Source: Octopus sinensis (Eukaryota). From it: a DNA stretch of 26,569 nt. The notes beneath the pieces were generated by a model, which saw only the letters and a list, made by a program, of their open reading frames with translations, was not told the DNA's origin and did not search any database. Made by a program: the position numbers and the translations under genes. The stretch is taken from assembly GCF_006345805.1 (NCBI RefSeq), contig NW_021834139.1, positions 1 to 26,569 on the forward strand, given 5' to 3'. This document shows positions 1-11,421 of this stretch, one piece after another (positions within the stretch are counted from its first letter, which is position 1; each line of letters begins with the position of its first letter).

Positions 1-79
1 GAAGGGGGGAAGAAGAAAAACAACAACAAATGACGTGATCAAACGGTTGCATATAATCTATATGCAAGCAACGTAAAGC

Positions 80-296
80 GTGTACATACATGTATGTGTG
101 TGTGTGCGTGTATATAATATATATACCCACGTATGTATAGTATATTATAATAAAAATATAATATATATAATATATATGTATATATATATCACCGTATATG
201 TATATATGTACACACACACATACACACACACACACACAACACCACATACACACACACACACCACACACACACAACCCACCCACACACACGCACACC

Positions 297-334
<38 letters not shown>

Positions 335-349
335 AATATATATATATAT
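80..349. repeat. Compound (TG)n/(TA)n/(CA)n microsatellite
   Basis: Dinucleotide runs visible directly; the YIYI/HTHT ORFs are translations of them. Confidence 0.95.
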
Positions 350-426
350 CCAGGCCAGTGACATCATAAGATGTCAGCTAAGCTGTACTGAAGTGTCAGT
401 CCAACATGGCGCCCACACCAACTCAC

Positions 427-467
427 TTCCCACTAAACATGACGACATCCATTGATAAACGCGCCAT
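427..467 (-). CDS. Candidate short first coding exon of an unknown host gene (MARLSMDVVMFSG...)
   Basis: Minus strand reads ccccaaaATGGCG (A at -3, G at +4; ATG at 467) and ends GGGAA|GTGAGT (consensus donor at 426-421), in a non-repetitive island. No homology evidence. Confidence 0.25.
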
Positions 468-544
468 TTTGGGGTTTATTATTTCATTATTTTTGCGTAG
501 TTTTGTTTGTCTAATCAAATACCTGTGGGCAGCAGCAGCAACAC

Positions 545-586
<42 letters not shown>

Positions 587-775
587 CGGTGGTGGTGGTG
601 GTGGTGGTGGTGAAAATTGTGTTGGTGACGGTGGTGGTGATGCTGGTGGTAGTTGTGGTTGTGTTGGTTGAGTTGGTGGTGGCAGTGGTGATGGTCGTCG
701 TGGCAGTGGTGATGATGGTGCTGGTGCTGGTGGTGATGGTGGTGGTGGTGGTAGAAGTAGCTATAGTGATAATGG
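545..775. repeat. (TAG)n followed by degenerate (GTG)n trinucleotide repeat
   Basis: Visible tandem units; source of the poly-V/poly-T ORFs. Confidence 0.95.
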
Positions 776-837
776 TGTGTTTATTTTGTGTGTATGTGTG
801 TGTACATAGAATAATGGACAGACAGAGCAAACGCATT

Positions 838-859
838 TAGATAGAGCCAGATTGACAGA

Positions 860-905
<46 letters not shown>

Positions 906-978
906 GATAGAGATAGATAGAGATAGATAGAGAAAGAGACAGACAGATAGATAGATTGATAGACACAGAGAGATAGAT

Positions 979-1021
<43 letters not shown>

Positions 1022-1092
1022 CAGACAGATAGATAGATTGATAGACACACAGAAAGATAAATAAATAGAGAGAGGGAGAGAGAGAGAGAAAG

Positions 1093-1171
<79 letters not shown>

Positions 1172-1200
1172 CAGACAGATAAAGAGAGACAGACAGATAT
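838..1200. repeat. (AG)n/(GATA)n/(GACA)n compound microsatellite
   Basis: Visible tandem units. Confidence 0.95.
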
Positions 1201-1401
1201 GTGCATATATAAATGGGTAAATAGGTAGAGAGAGAGCGATGGGTGAGATGAATAGCTGGAGAGCAAGAAAGATAAATCGGTTGATATATACATATATGCT
1301 TACATACATAAGGGAGAGTGTAGACAGCAAGATACGGGAGAAAGAGTAAGCAAGGAGAAGACAGGGAGCTTTCAACAATTTATATCATTGCACCTACTCA
1401 A

Positions 1402-1440
1402 ATACACACATATATATATATACATATATACATATATATG

Positions 1441-1534
<94 letters not shown>

Positions 1535-1543
1535 TGTGTGTGT
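1402..1543. repeat. (TA)n/(TG)n microsatellite
   Basis: Visible tandem units. Confidence 0.95.
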
Positions 1544-1972
1544 AGCTTTTTTCCTGGTGAGCCTTCTTGCACAAAATACTGTCCCCCACACACATCGCCA
1601 CTTTTTTACGTATTTACAAAATAAACCTTCTTGCAGTGCAATCGTCCCAAAACACATTTCCTTGGCAGACGACCAGATATTTCAAGGGAAATATACAATG
1701 AAATATATTGTCAAATTTATTAATTTCGAGTGGTTTTTAGCGCCATTGGTCAGAGGTCACGCTTCTTCGTTACCTATCTGTCTATTGATCTGCATATCTA
1801 TCTGTCTATTAGCTTTAGCTATCTATTTGCCCGTGTATCGATTTCATTATTTATCAATCTATCAAACAATCTTCTTATCTATCAACTTACATTGCGATGC
1901 GGTCATATCAGTCGTGCATCTGCTCTCCCCCCCCCCCGAACCCGCCCTTAAGTCTCCCACCTCTCTTTTCCG

Positions 1973-2568
1973 CTCACCTACCACCCCACCACCTTACCTC
2001 TCCAACGCACCATTCTCCGAACTTTCGGGCATCTCCAGTCCGACCCGTCCACTTCACACATCTTCCCTAACCGACCCTCCCCTCCTTCAAACGAGCCCAC
2101 AACCTACGAGACCTCTTTGTCCACAGCTTCTTCCCCAACCCTACCTCCCAACCTGGCTCGTTCCCCTGCCCCCGCCCATGCTGCTGCACTTGCCCTTACC
2201 TCTCCAACACCACTCTCCTCACCGGTATCCGTCATCGACCCTATCGCATCAACTCCTTCACCTGCACCTCCAGCAATATCACCTATTGCATCTCCTGCTC
2301 TCTCTGCCATTCCCTGTACATCGGAAAAACGGGACGCCGCTTGGCTGACCGGTTCGCGGAACACCTCCGAGACATCCGCCTCGGCAATGACACCCCGGTC
2401 TCACACCATTTCCACTCCACCGATCACTCCTTGCAACACCTGTCTGTGTTCGGATTGTCCTTGCACAGAGGCCATCCGGACTCCCGTTTGCACCGTGAAC
2501 AAGGATTAATCTTCTCTCTTCGCTCTTTTACGCCATTTGGACTCAACTCTCCTCCCCACTTCATCTAA
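1973..2568 (+). pseudogene. PLE C-terminal linker/GIY-YIG endonuclease remnant (frameshift near 2075)
   Basis: LTYHPTTLPLQRTILRTFGHLQSDPSTSHIFPNRP, frameshift, SFKRAHNLRDLFVHS...FPCPRPCCCTCPY...FTCTSSNITYCISCSLCHSLYIGKTGRRLADRFAEH...VSHHF...REQGLIFSL...GLN. YIG at 2317-2325. The Cys-rich linker is typical of the Neptune clade. The ORF track shows only the last 75 aa. Confidence 0.9.
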
Positions 2569-3503
2569 CCTCCTCCCCGACTCCTATTTCTCTTCACTCC
2601 TACATCTTTTCACCCCTACTCTCTTTCCCTCTTCTTTCTTACTCTCTTTCTCTCTGCTCCCTCACTCTCCTTCTCTCCTCTCTCCCCCTCTCTCCTCCTT
2701 CTTCTCACCCAACTCTCCTCTCTTGCCCCGACTCCTACTTCTCTTCACTGCTACTTCTCTTCACCCCTACTCTCTTTCCTTCTTCTCTCTTACTCTCTTT
2801 CTCTCTTCTCTCCTACTCTCTTTCTCTCTTTCTCTCCCCTCTTTCCCTCTTCCCTCTTAATCTCTTTCTCTCTTCTTCTTTCACCCTCTCTTTCTCTCTA
2901 CTCTCTTACGCTCTTCTCGCTTACTCTCTTTCTCTTTTCTCTCCTCCTCTCTCTCCTCACTCACCCACTTTCCCCTCCCTCCATAAGCCCACCCACTTCC
3001 ACACATCCCTACTCCACCTTTCCTATCCTTCCCATCCCCCATCCCATCCCCCCATCCTATCCAACAGACCCTCCCCCACATACACCACCTCTACTCCCAC
3101 CCTCTGCCTACCCACAAACCCCAACTCTACCCCAACCTTCAGCCGAACCCACACCCTACCCGTGCTTTCCCCACAATCGCCTCCCCCACCTCCCAACAAC
3201 ATCACACCACACCACACTACACCATACAACATTACACATCACATCACAACACACCACCCACACACCCATCCTCACATTTTCACATCTAAACATACATACA
3301 CGTACACGTCCAGACCACCAGCCCTCTTTCACACGCACATACATACACTCTTATACACACACGCACCTTTGTGTTGGGGGTCATCTTTACCTTGTTATCT
3401 CCCCTAATTTCCTTCTCCGGTGTGATCCTTCTGTCCGAGTCAGACGCCATGATAGATCGTTAGCCACTACACACATTTTTTTCTCTCCTTGTTTTCTGTG
3501 TCC

Positions 3504-3539
3504 CTTTCTGTACAAGAGCGTAGGCTCGAAACGTAAAAG
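3504..3539 (+). ncRNA. Degenerate minimal type I hammerhead ribozyme motif
   Basis: cttt-CTGTACAA-GAGC gtag GCTC-GAAA-CGTA-aaag: helix II, GAAA, palindromic ACGT, GUA triplet and helix I (cttt/aaag) are present, but the core deviates from CUGANGA. Confidence 0.55.
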
Positions 3540-3612
3540 ACATTTTTTCTATTCCTGAGCGTTTGTTTTGTACATCACCTGTCTTGTCGTCTTTTGTTGT
3601 TTTTTTCGTAAA

Positions 3613-3653
3613 CTCTCTCTCTCTCTCTCTTTATATATATATACATATATATA

Positions 3654-3749
<96 letters not shown>

Positions 3750-3805
3750 TATATATATATGTATGTGTGTGTGTGTGTGTATGTATAATTATATATATAT
3801 ATATA
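3613..3805. repeat. (CT)n/(TA)n/(TG)n microsatellite
   Basis: Visible tandem units. Confidence 0.95.
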
Positions 3806-4189
3806 AATCAGAATTGGAAAAACACAACAACAAATTGAACAATTATAATTTCAATTCAAAACAAATGACACATCTCATAAATGACAGCTGTTTCCGCTTC
3901 ATTAGTAAAACGAAGTTTTTCAAGAATAATCAAATCCGTTTGAATATGTAATGATGCTTCATTAGATTGACATATCTTCATAAATATTTTACACCTAGCT
4001 AAACTGTTTAATGTGTGTGTGTGGGTGTGGGTGTATGTGTGTGTGTGTGTGTGTGTGTAATGGATTCTCTCGTCCTGAATGACAAATGAGGGTTCAGTAA
4101 AATAAAGCAATCATCGTGTTCTATGGACACGAGTGTCTCTTGAGGCATGTTGGTGCCTTGCAAACCTTTTGGCAAATGGAACAAGTTGA

Positions 4190-4700
4190 AGACTTTACTA
4201 TGTGTTTTCTTGAGTGGCACAAAACCACAATGACAGGGAAGGTTTCCATTTAGAGGAGCAGCGTTTTGCCAGCGTGCCTTCATGCTTGCTCGAAGTTGGT
4301 TCCGAGTTTGGAGTCGACTTTGCTCAGATCATCGAAATGAGGAGAAGCAGCACTGGTGCCAGATACTGCGTTCTGATGTTTTGCTTTCCCAGGAAGAAAA
4401 GGGGATGATGCATTGCTTTAGACTGTCTTTGAAACGCAAAAATGGCCTTCTAACTGCTGTTGGGAATTGGCCAAAGAGAATTTGCTTCAGAATTCTGATA
4501 TCACTCGTACGTGAGAGATGACCTGACCCACCATTTTGGTGAGAATGGTTTTAATACCTGCTATGTTGCATTTTGTTAGTACCTTATGATTACGAATATG
4601 GTCCCTCGGTTTTATATTGCAAGCATCGCATATGAAAACGTCAAGCTGATTAATGTGTCTTCGGTACAGGGTCTAAGATTCAGCACCATAAAGCATATAT
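4190..4700 (-). mobile_element. Decayed RTE-clade LINE 3' fragment
   Basis: Minus-strand translation across stops/frameshifts: LYGAES*TLYRRHINQLDVF..HMRCL..NHKVLTKCNIAGIKTIL..SGHLSRTSDIRILKQILFGQ..RPFLRFKDSLKQC..WESKTSERSIW..LPCHCG, matching the RTE post-RT C-terminus (YGxExW, RWxGH, PKQILYG, RYKD). Confidence 0.8.
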
Positions 4701-5509
4701 ATAATTAAAAAGGATTATCCATATGCGTGAGAGAGCAGCGGCATAATTGACTAAATAACAGAAGTGTCTATTCTATGAGTTGATCATACCTTAACATCTA
4801 TATGTAACATATGGTATAACCGAGCCTCTATGTTCTAACTGAGCATGTGGTAGAGCACTGACGATATTTTCTACTTTTTGAGCTCCCTCCAGTATTCACT
4901 TGTCCGCTCTCCTATACTAGGTGCTGTCTCGCCAGTGTAAGTTTTTGTCTTGTTTCTGCAGTGTCCCTCAGTACACCGCATGTTATAGACTACATTCCTA
5001 ATCTTACAGTTAACCTGTGGGTTCATTATAAACGTAATATATATTTTATATAGCTAAATAATATTCTTAAGGCCGTAATTTACTCACACGCAGCTCCTTT
5101 CAGGGCTTGTTGCTAATTCAATTTTTAACCAAATTGAAATCTGTTAACATTTTTAAAGAGGACTGGTCCCTAGCTACATTTTGGCATTAAAAATATTGAG
5201 GTTTGATCCAGTAGGAAAAAGTTTACATCAAAATTTCTAGCAATGTAAGTAACGCCACCAATCAAGTTTAGTTCTAAATAACTTTTTTTTTATTTTAAAA
5301 GCAAAATATATTTATCTTAGCTTCAATGATAGAAGAAAGTATGGAGAACTTCATAGTTTTGTTCCCATGCAACAAAATTCTGTATCCAAAAAGTTGTGAG
5401 GTAAAATATCATGAAAAAATATATAAATAAGGCAAAAAATTGATATTAGTATAATTAACTTTTTTTATTTTAAAAACAAACTATGTTTTAATTCAGCTTA
5501 AATGATAGA

Positions 5510-5710
5510 GCTCCACGCGGATCCGGCAGAAGGTAATGGCGAACTTCTGCTGACTCCTTCGCTACAACTTTATCTCACTCTTTCCTCCTGCATCTAGCAG
5601 CTCACCTGCGACGGACTGGCGTCCCGTCCAGGTGGGTAACCTATACGCCAATGAAACCGGGGAACCGGCCCTTATGAACCGGGCATGGCTAGAGAAGGAA
5701 CAAACAACAA
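5510..5710 (+). mobile_element. 5'-truncated SINE (Meta/V-domain-like core) with (CAA) tail
   Basis: cctgcgacggactggcgtcccgtccagg core and gaaaccgg..ggcccttatg shared with the copy at 23770-24007; ATAGA direct repeats at 5505-5509 and 5711-5715 are a candidate target-site duplication (TSD). Confidence 0.7.
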
Positions 5711-5929
5711 ATAGAAGTAATAGCTTGTAATAACACTATTCTATTTTTAAATCTAAATATTTTATTTCAGATTTTATCCTCAGCTGCAATATTTTAAGTA
5801 AAGATTTTCTTGTTCTGTACTTCAGCAGATGTAATAAGTTGTCCTGAACTTTTGCAAGTGTAATAACTTGTCCTGTAATTTTCCAGGTTTATAATCTTAA
5901 GAATATATTTCCCTTCCCCGCATTTTTCT

Positions 5930-6117
5930 ATGTAATGTATGTGTGTGCGTATGTGTGTGTGTATGTGTGTGTGCGCGTGTGTGTGTGTGCGCGTCTGTGT
6001 GTACACACATTCATATATATGCATACATTCATACATTCATTCATATATATATATATATTATATATATATATATATATATAATATAATATACATATACATA
6101 CACACACACACATATAT

Positions 6118-6148
<31 letters not shown>

Positions 6149-6220
6149 GCATACATTCATATATATGCATATATACATATATTGTGTGTGTGTGTTATAT
6201 GTTGTATACACATATATTAT
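5930..6220. repeat. (TG)n/(TA)n/(CATT)n microsatellite
   Basis: Visible tandem units. Confidence 0.95.
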
Positions 6221-6392
6221 CATGTAAAAGAAAAGTAGAAAAGTTGAGGGGGTAAAGTAACAATGTCCTTGTAACTGAAGATCAAGCAAATTCAAAAGAT
6301 AAATTCTTCCGCGACGAGTAAATAAAGCATGAAGTCAGGGAGTGTGGGAGGTGAATATAGATTAATTTTTCAACATGATTTCCGTGTGATTA

Positions 6393-6823
6393 CAGCCGTT
6401 TCGTAACTTTCATCATGTATTTCTATTAATTTCGGTAGGCAAATATATAGATATGAAAATATTTTATTCTGAAACGCATAATAATAATGCTGAGCATAAA
6501 TAGGAGAGAACAGTCTTAAATTTCAGTAAAGATGTTCTATCATATTTATGCTATTCAGCATTTTTATTCTGCATTTGAGAATAAAATACTTCCATATCTG
6601 TGTATTTCAATACATCTCAACGCTTCTAAAATAAGCAAACTTTGTTTACATATATCGTAATTTAATTATGCATACGTGTACATCAATATACATGCACAGC
6701 GTTATGTAAAGCAATTACATATTCACAAACTGGTTAAAATATTTATGAAAAATGTTAACACGCACGTCTAATTTTACATACTGAAATTAATAATAATATG
6801 AAATGAAGGTTACGAAACGGCTG
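6393..6823. mobile_element. MITE / non-autonomous Tc1-mariner-pogo-type DNA transposon
   Basis: Terminal inverted repeats (TIRs) cagccgtttcgtaactttcat (6393-6413) and atgaaggttacgaaacggctg (6803-6823), one mismatch in 21 bp; TA on both sides; AT-rich non-coding interior. Confidence 0.8.
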
Positions 6824-6851
6824 TAATCATATTCATGTCATATCGAAAATA

Positions 6852-7118
6852 ACGGAAACAGGAAGAAACCCGTTGTAAATATATATATACGTGTGTGTTT
6901 GTGTGTATGTACGTATATGTGTCGGTGTTTGTTCCCCCCAACATCGCTTGACAACCGATGCTGGTGTATTTACGACCCCGAAACTTAGCGGTTCGGCAAA
7001 AGAGACGATAGAATAAGTACTAGGCTTACAAAGAATAAGTACAGGGGTCGAATTGCTCGACTAAAAGGCAGTGCTCCAGCATGGTCACAGTCAATTGACT
7101 GAAACAAGTAAAAGAATA
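6852..7118 (+). mobile_element. Octopus-type SINE 3' half with internal (TA)/(TG) tract
   Basis: catcgcttgacaaccgatgctggtg..cttagcggttcggcaaaagag..aataagtactaggcttaca..gactgaaacaagtaaaaga; reverse-complement copy at 25271-25467. Confidence 0.85.
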
Positions 7119-7480
7119 AGAGAGAGAGAAGGGGGAGTGAATAAGTGAGAGAGAGAGAGATGTAAATATTATATACATATATATATACACATATACATAT
7201 ATAAATAAATGAAAACGAAGAGGGGAATGGAGATTTATTCACATCCAAAACTTTTTAATAAAAAGATATTCTACAGCATATATAACAATGACCAACATAT
7301 GTTTCTGCTGCAGCAGCTGCACATTGCTCTGTTTGCAATTATGCATCCTGGTCGCTGCAATTTCATCAAGGGCCCGTCACTTACGACGTTTTCAAAGTGA
7401 ACTAATTCAAACAAGCTTCCTGCGTTGGTATTCAGTTGAAGGTGATGTGTGTGTGTGTATGTGTGTGCTTATATATCTGA

Positions 7481-7815
7481 GACCCCCTTCGGTCACGACA
7501 CAGACCATGGGATTGCACCTAGAAAGTTACCCTCCCATGAACAAGTCCGTGCAAGGTTATTTATGGAAGACCAGCAGTCGCCCATGCATACCAGCCTCCC
7601 CTCTCCATGCCACCGATGTTGTCCAAGGGAACGGCAAAGGGGCCGATAGAGCTTGGCACCTGTGACATCGCAACTCATTTCTACAGCTGAGTGAACTGGA
7701 GCAACGTGAAATAAAGTGTCTTGCTCAAGAACACAACACGCATCCCGGTCCGGGATTCGAACTCACAACCTCACGATCGTAAGCTCGACGCCCTAACCAC
7801 TGAGCCATGCGCTTT
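7481..7815 (-). mobile_element. tRNA-derived SINE
   Basis: Minus-strand head has A box TGGCTCAGTGG and B box GAGTTCGAATCC, then ttgagcaagacactttatttcacgttgctccagttcactcagctg shared with 23770-24007. Confidence 0.85.
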
Positions 7816-7916
7816 CGTGCTTATATATAATTAGGTAGATAAAGTGTGTGTACGCATGGATGTATAAACATGTGTGTAAGTATGTACGTACGTACGTATG
7901 TATGTATGTATGTATG

Positions 7917-8916
7917 TAGGTAGGTAGGTAGGTAGGTAGGTAGGTAGGCAGGCAGGTAGGTAGGTAGGTAGGTAGGTAGGTAGGTAGGTAGGTAGTAGGT
8001 AGGTAGGTAGGTAGGTAGGTAGGTAGGTAGGTAGGTAGGCAGGCAGGTAGGTAGGTAGGTAGGTAGGTAGGTAGGTAGGTAGGTAGGTAGTAGGTAGGTA
8101 GGTAGGTAGGTAGGTGTAGGTAGGTGGCAGGCAGGTAGGTAGTAGGTAGGTAGGTAGGTAGGTAGGTAGGTAGGTAGTAGGTAGGTAGGTAGGTAGGTAG
8201 GTAGGTAGGTAGGTAGGTAGGTAGGTAGGTAGGTAGGTAGGTAGGTAGGTAGGTAGGTAGTAGGTAGGTAGGTAGGTAGGTAGGTAGGTAGGTAGGCAGG
8301 TAGGTAGGTAGGTAGGTAGGTAGGCAGGTAGGCAGGCAGGTAGGTAGGTAGGTAGGTAGGTAGGTAGGTAGGTAGGTAGGCAGGCAGGTAGGTAGGTAGG
8401 TAGGTAGGTAGGTAGGTAGGTAGGTAGGCAGACAGACAGGTAGGTAGGTAGGTAGGTAGGTAGGTAGGTAGGTAGGTAGGCAGGTAGGTAGGTAGGTAGG
8501 TAGGTAGGTAGGTAGGCAGACAGACAGGTAGGTAGGTAGGTAGGTAGGTAGGTAGGTAGGCAGGAAGGTAGGTAGGTAGGTAGGTAGGTAGGTAGGTAGG
8601 TAGGCAGGTAGGTAGGTAGGTAGGCAGGCAGGTAGGTAGGTAGGTAGGTAGGTAGGTAGGTAGGTAGGCAGGTAGGTAGGTAGGTAGGTAGGTAGGCAGG
8701 TAGGCAGGCAGGTAGGTAGGTAGGTAGGTAGGTAGGTAGGTAGGTAGGTAGGTAGGTAGGTAAGCAGGTAGGTAGGTAGGTAGGTATGTAGGTAGGTAGG
8801 TAGGTAGACATGTAGGTAGGTAGGTAGGTAGGTAGGTAGGTAGGTAGGCAGGTAGGCAGGTAGGTAGGTAGGTAGGTAGGTAGGTAGGTAGGTAGGTAGG
8901 TAGGTAGGTAGGTAGG
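7917..8916. repeat. ~1 kb (TAGG)n tetranucleotide array with CAGG/TAG/CAGA variant units
   Basis: Visible tandem units; source of the (PTYL)n ORFs. Confidence 0.98.
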
Positions 8917-9190
8917 TGTAATCTGCCGACAGACAATTCCTTATAAAGACCATAAAGAACAAAAACCTTTATATATAAAGAACAGTCGAATTCATCATTT
9001 CACTATTAACTTCAGCTCTTTATGTCAGCTAATTTTCATCTTGTATGGCCTTCCATATATTTCTCTTCCAATTGGCCGTGTATAACATTCTAACTCCGTC
9101 TCTCATTATTTCCCTTCTATTTCATCTCTTTTTATCAAGCCATCTGCTGGACTTTATTGAATTATCTTACTCTCCCCTGCTTATCTACAC

Positions 9191-9702
<512 letters not shown>

Positions 9703-9794
9703 ATCACAATCAAGGAACGGCCATAATAGGCCATTCACCCACTAGTATTTTCTAGTGGGTGAATGGCCTATTATGGCCGTTCCTTGATTGTGAT
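9703..9794. repeat. Perfect inverted repeat, 43-bp arms, 6-nt loop
   Basis: atcacaatcaaggaacggccataataggccattcacccactag (9703-9745), loop tatttt, exact reverse complement at 9752-9794. Confidence 0.97.
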
Positions 9795-9845
9795 GTTGAC
9801 TTAAAAATGGTCTATGACTATTTAATTTTTTCCCACTGGGCCGCT

Positions 9846-9881
9846 GGTGGCAAAAAAAATTCTACAAAATTTTTTGCCACC
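9846..9881. repeat. Second hairpin (12-bp stem)
   Basis: ggtggcaaaaaa ... ttttttgccacc. Confidence 0.85.
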
Positions 9882-9895
9882 CTATATTGATTAAT

Positions 9896-9938
<43 letters not shown>

Positions 9939-9960
9939 TATATATATATTATATATATAT

Positions 9961-10007
<47 letters not shown>

Positions 10008-10284
10008 TGTCTGTGCCACACACACACATACATATCATATGTATAACTATCTGTATATGTGTGTGTTTATATACGAATATTTGTTTACATGTAACCAATC
10101 CGACTCTTAGTTACCTCTCTCTCTCTCTCTTTCTCTCCCTTCCTCTGTGTGTGTGTGTGTGCATGCGTATGTGTATGCATATGTATATATTCACGCGTAT
10201 ATGTATATGCATGTGAGTGAGTGTAACTGTGTGCCTATGTACACCATATACTATATCTAAATATGTACCTACATAAATACGTAC

Positions 10285-10348
10285 CAGCGTATTTAGTTTG
10301 AGAGTCTATCTCCAAAGATGGCGACGCTGAAACGGTGAAGGCTGCCAT
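10285..10348 (-). CDS. Candidate first coding exon of an unknown host gene (MAAFTVSASPSLEIDSQTKYA, phase 1)
   Basis: Minus strand: tatcaaaATGGCA start context, 21 open codons, then CTG|GTACGT donor at 10284-10279. Lies in a CpG-containing non-repetitive island (10280-10660) with a possible upstream acceptor gtttttctcAG at 10645-10644. No homology evidence. Confidence 0.35.
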
Positions 10349-10679
10349 TTTGATAGCTCCCAAAGAACATATGAGAGCCGAGTCCCGCCACCACCGCCGC
10401 ACACACAACATACTAGATCACCTCACAACCGACTTCGTTCACTTTACGTCACCTTTTCAATCACGTCCTCTATTACTTCAGTTCCGTTCTAGATTTTTTA
10501 TCCAGCAGCTTTTATCCAGTTTCTGCTCGCTTGTCGCAACGAGAAAGAAATAAAGATGGAAAGATGATTTCGGTTTATTTCTGTTTTTGCGTCATCTTCT
10601 TTTTTTTTTCTTGTGATTTTTATTAAGAAATTGAAAGGAAATACTGAGAAAAACAGACGTTTAATATGTGGCTGGGTGG

Positions 10680-11134
10680 ATTTATGTATGTATGTGTGTA
10701 TGTGTGTGTGTGTGTGTGTCTGAGTGTGTGTATGCTGGCATGTGTGTGTGTGCGTTCTGTGAATGTGGGTTTTATGTGTTGGAAGGGAGTATAAACATAT
10801 ATATGTGTGTGTGTAAATATCTATATACACACACATTATATAACTAGATGTACATCTAAATGGATATATAGATATTATATGCAAATAGAGATGCATATGT
10901 ATGTGTGCGTGTATGTACAATTGGATTCGAGAAGATATGTGCATACGCACACACACGCACGCACGCACACACACACACACACATATATATTTAGATATAT
11001 ATTCATGTATATTTGTATGTATGTATGTATGTATGTATGTATGTATTTATGCAAATGCATATATATCACTGCAGCTGAGAGCAGTAAAAAGAGATAAATA
11101 TGTAGATTGCTATGTAGATAAATACGTACGTGTA

Positions 11135-11173
<39 letters not shown>

Positions 11174-11421
11174 GTATGTATGTATGTATGTATGTATGTT
11201 TGTATGTATGTATGTATGTATGTATATATACATGTATATAATCAAAAGTGTGTGTATGTATGCGCGTGGCTCTTTACACGTAGATGTACATTCAAAGATG
11301 CGCGCGCATGCACATATACATATATGTGAAGATAGTCAGACAGAAAGGCGTACGGACGCATAGACAGACAGACAGGCAGATAGATAGACAGACAGACAGA
11401 CAGACAAATAGATAGATAGAT
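10680..11421. repeat. Mixed (TG)/(CA)/(TATG)/(TA) microsatellites ending in (GACA)/(GATA)n
   Basis: Visible tandem units; GACA/GATA tract at 11360-11421. Confidence 0.9.

Larger units (their letters stand above)
1905..3612 (+). mobile_element. 5'-truncated Penelope-like retroelement (Neptune-like): linker + GIY-YIG endonuclease, pyrimidine-rich 3' region, hammerhead-like terminus
   Basis: Manual translation gives PLE motifs (see next feature), followed by a C/T-rich low-complexity tract (2570-3360) and a GAGC-gtag-GCTC-GAAAC hammerhead-like motif; ends at (CT)n(TA)n. Boundaries approximate. Confidence 0.8.

Noticed and set aside
406-840. Poly-Val membrane-like ORF and poly-Thr mucin-like ORF
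   Set aside because: Produced by (TAG)n/(GTG)n repeats
1440-2509. Pro-rich ORFs 1440..2348 and 2117..2509
   Set aside because: Off-frame readings of the C-rich PLE; the real protein is in other frames
7740-7812. Possible tRNA genes here and at 23935-24003
   Set aside because: A and B boxes continue into SINE bodies; no complete cloverleaf
7917-8916. Interstitial telomere
   Set aside because: Unit is TAGG, not TTAGGG or TTAGG
7793-8962. Three long (PTYL)n ORFs of 326-389 aa
   Set aside because: Stop-free translation of (CCTA)n in all three frames; not a gene
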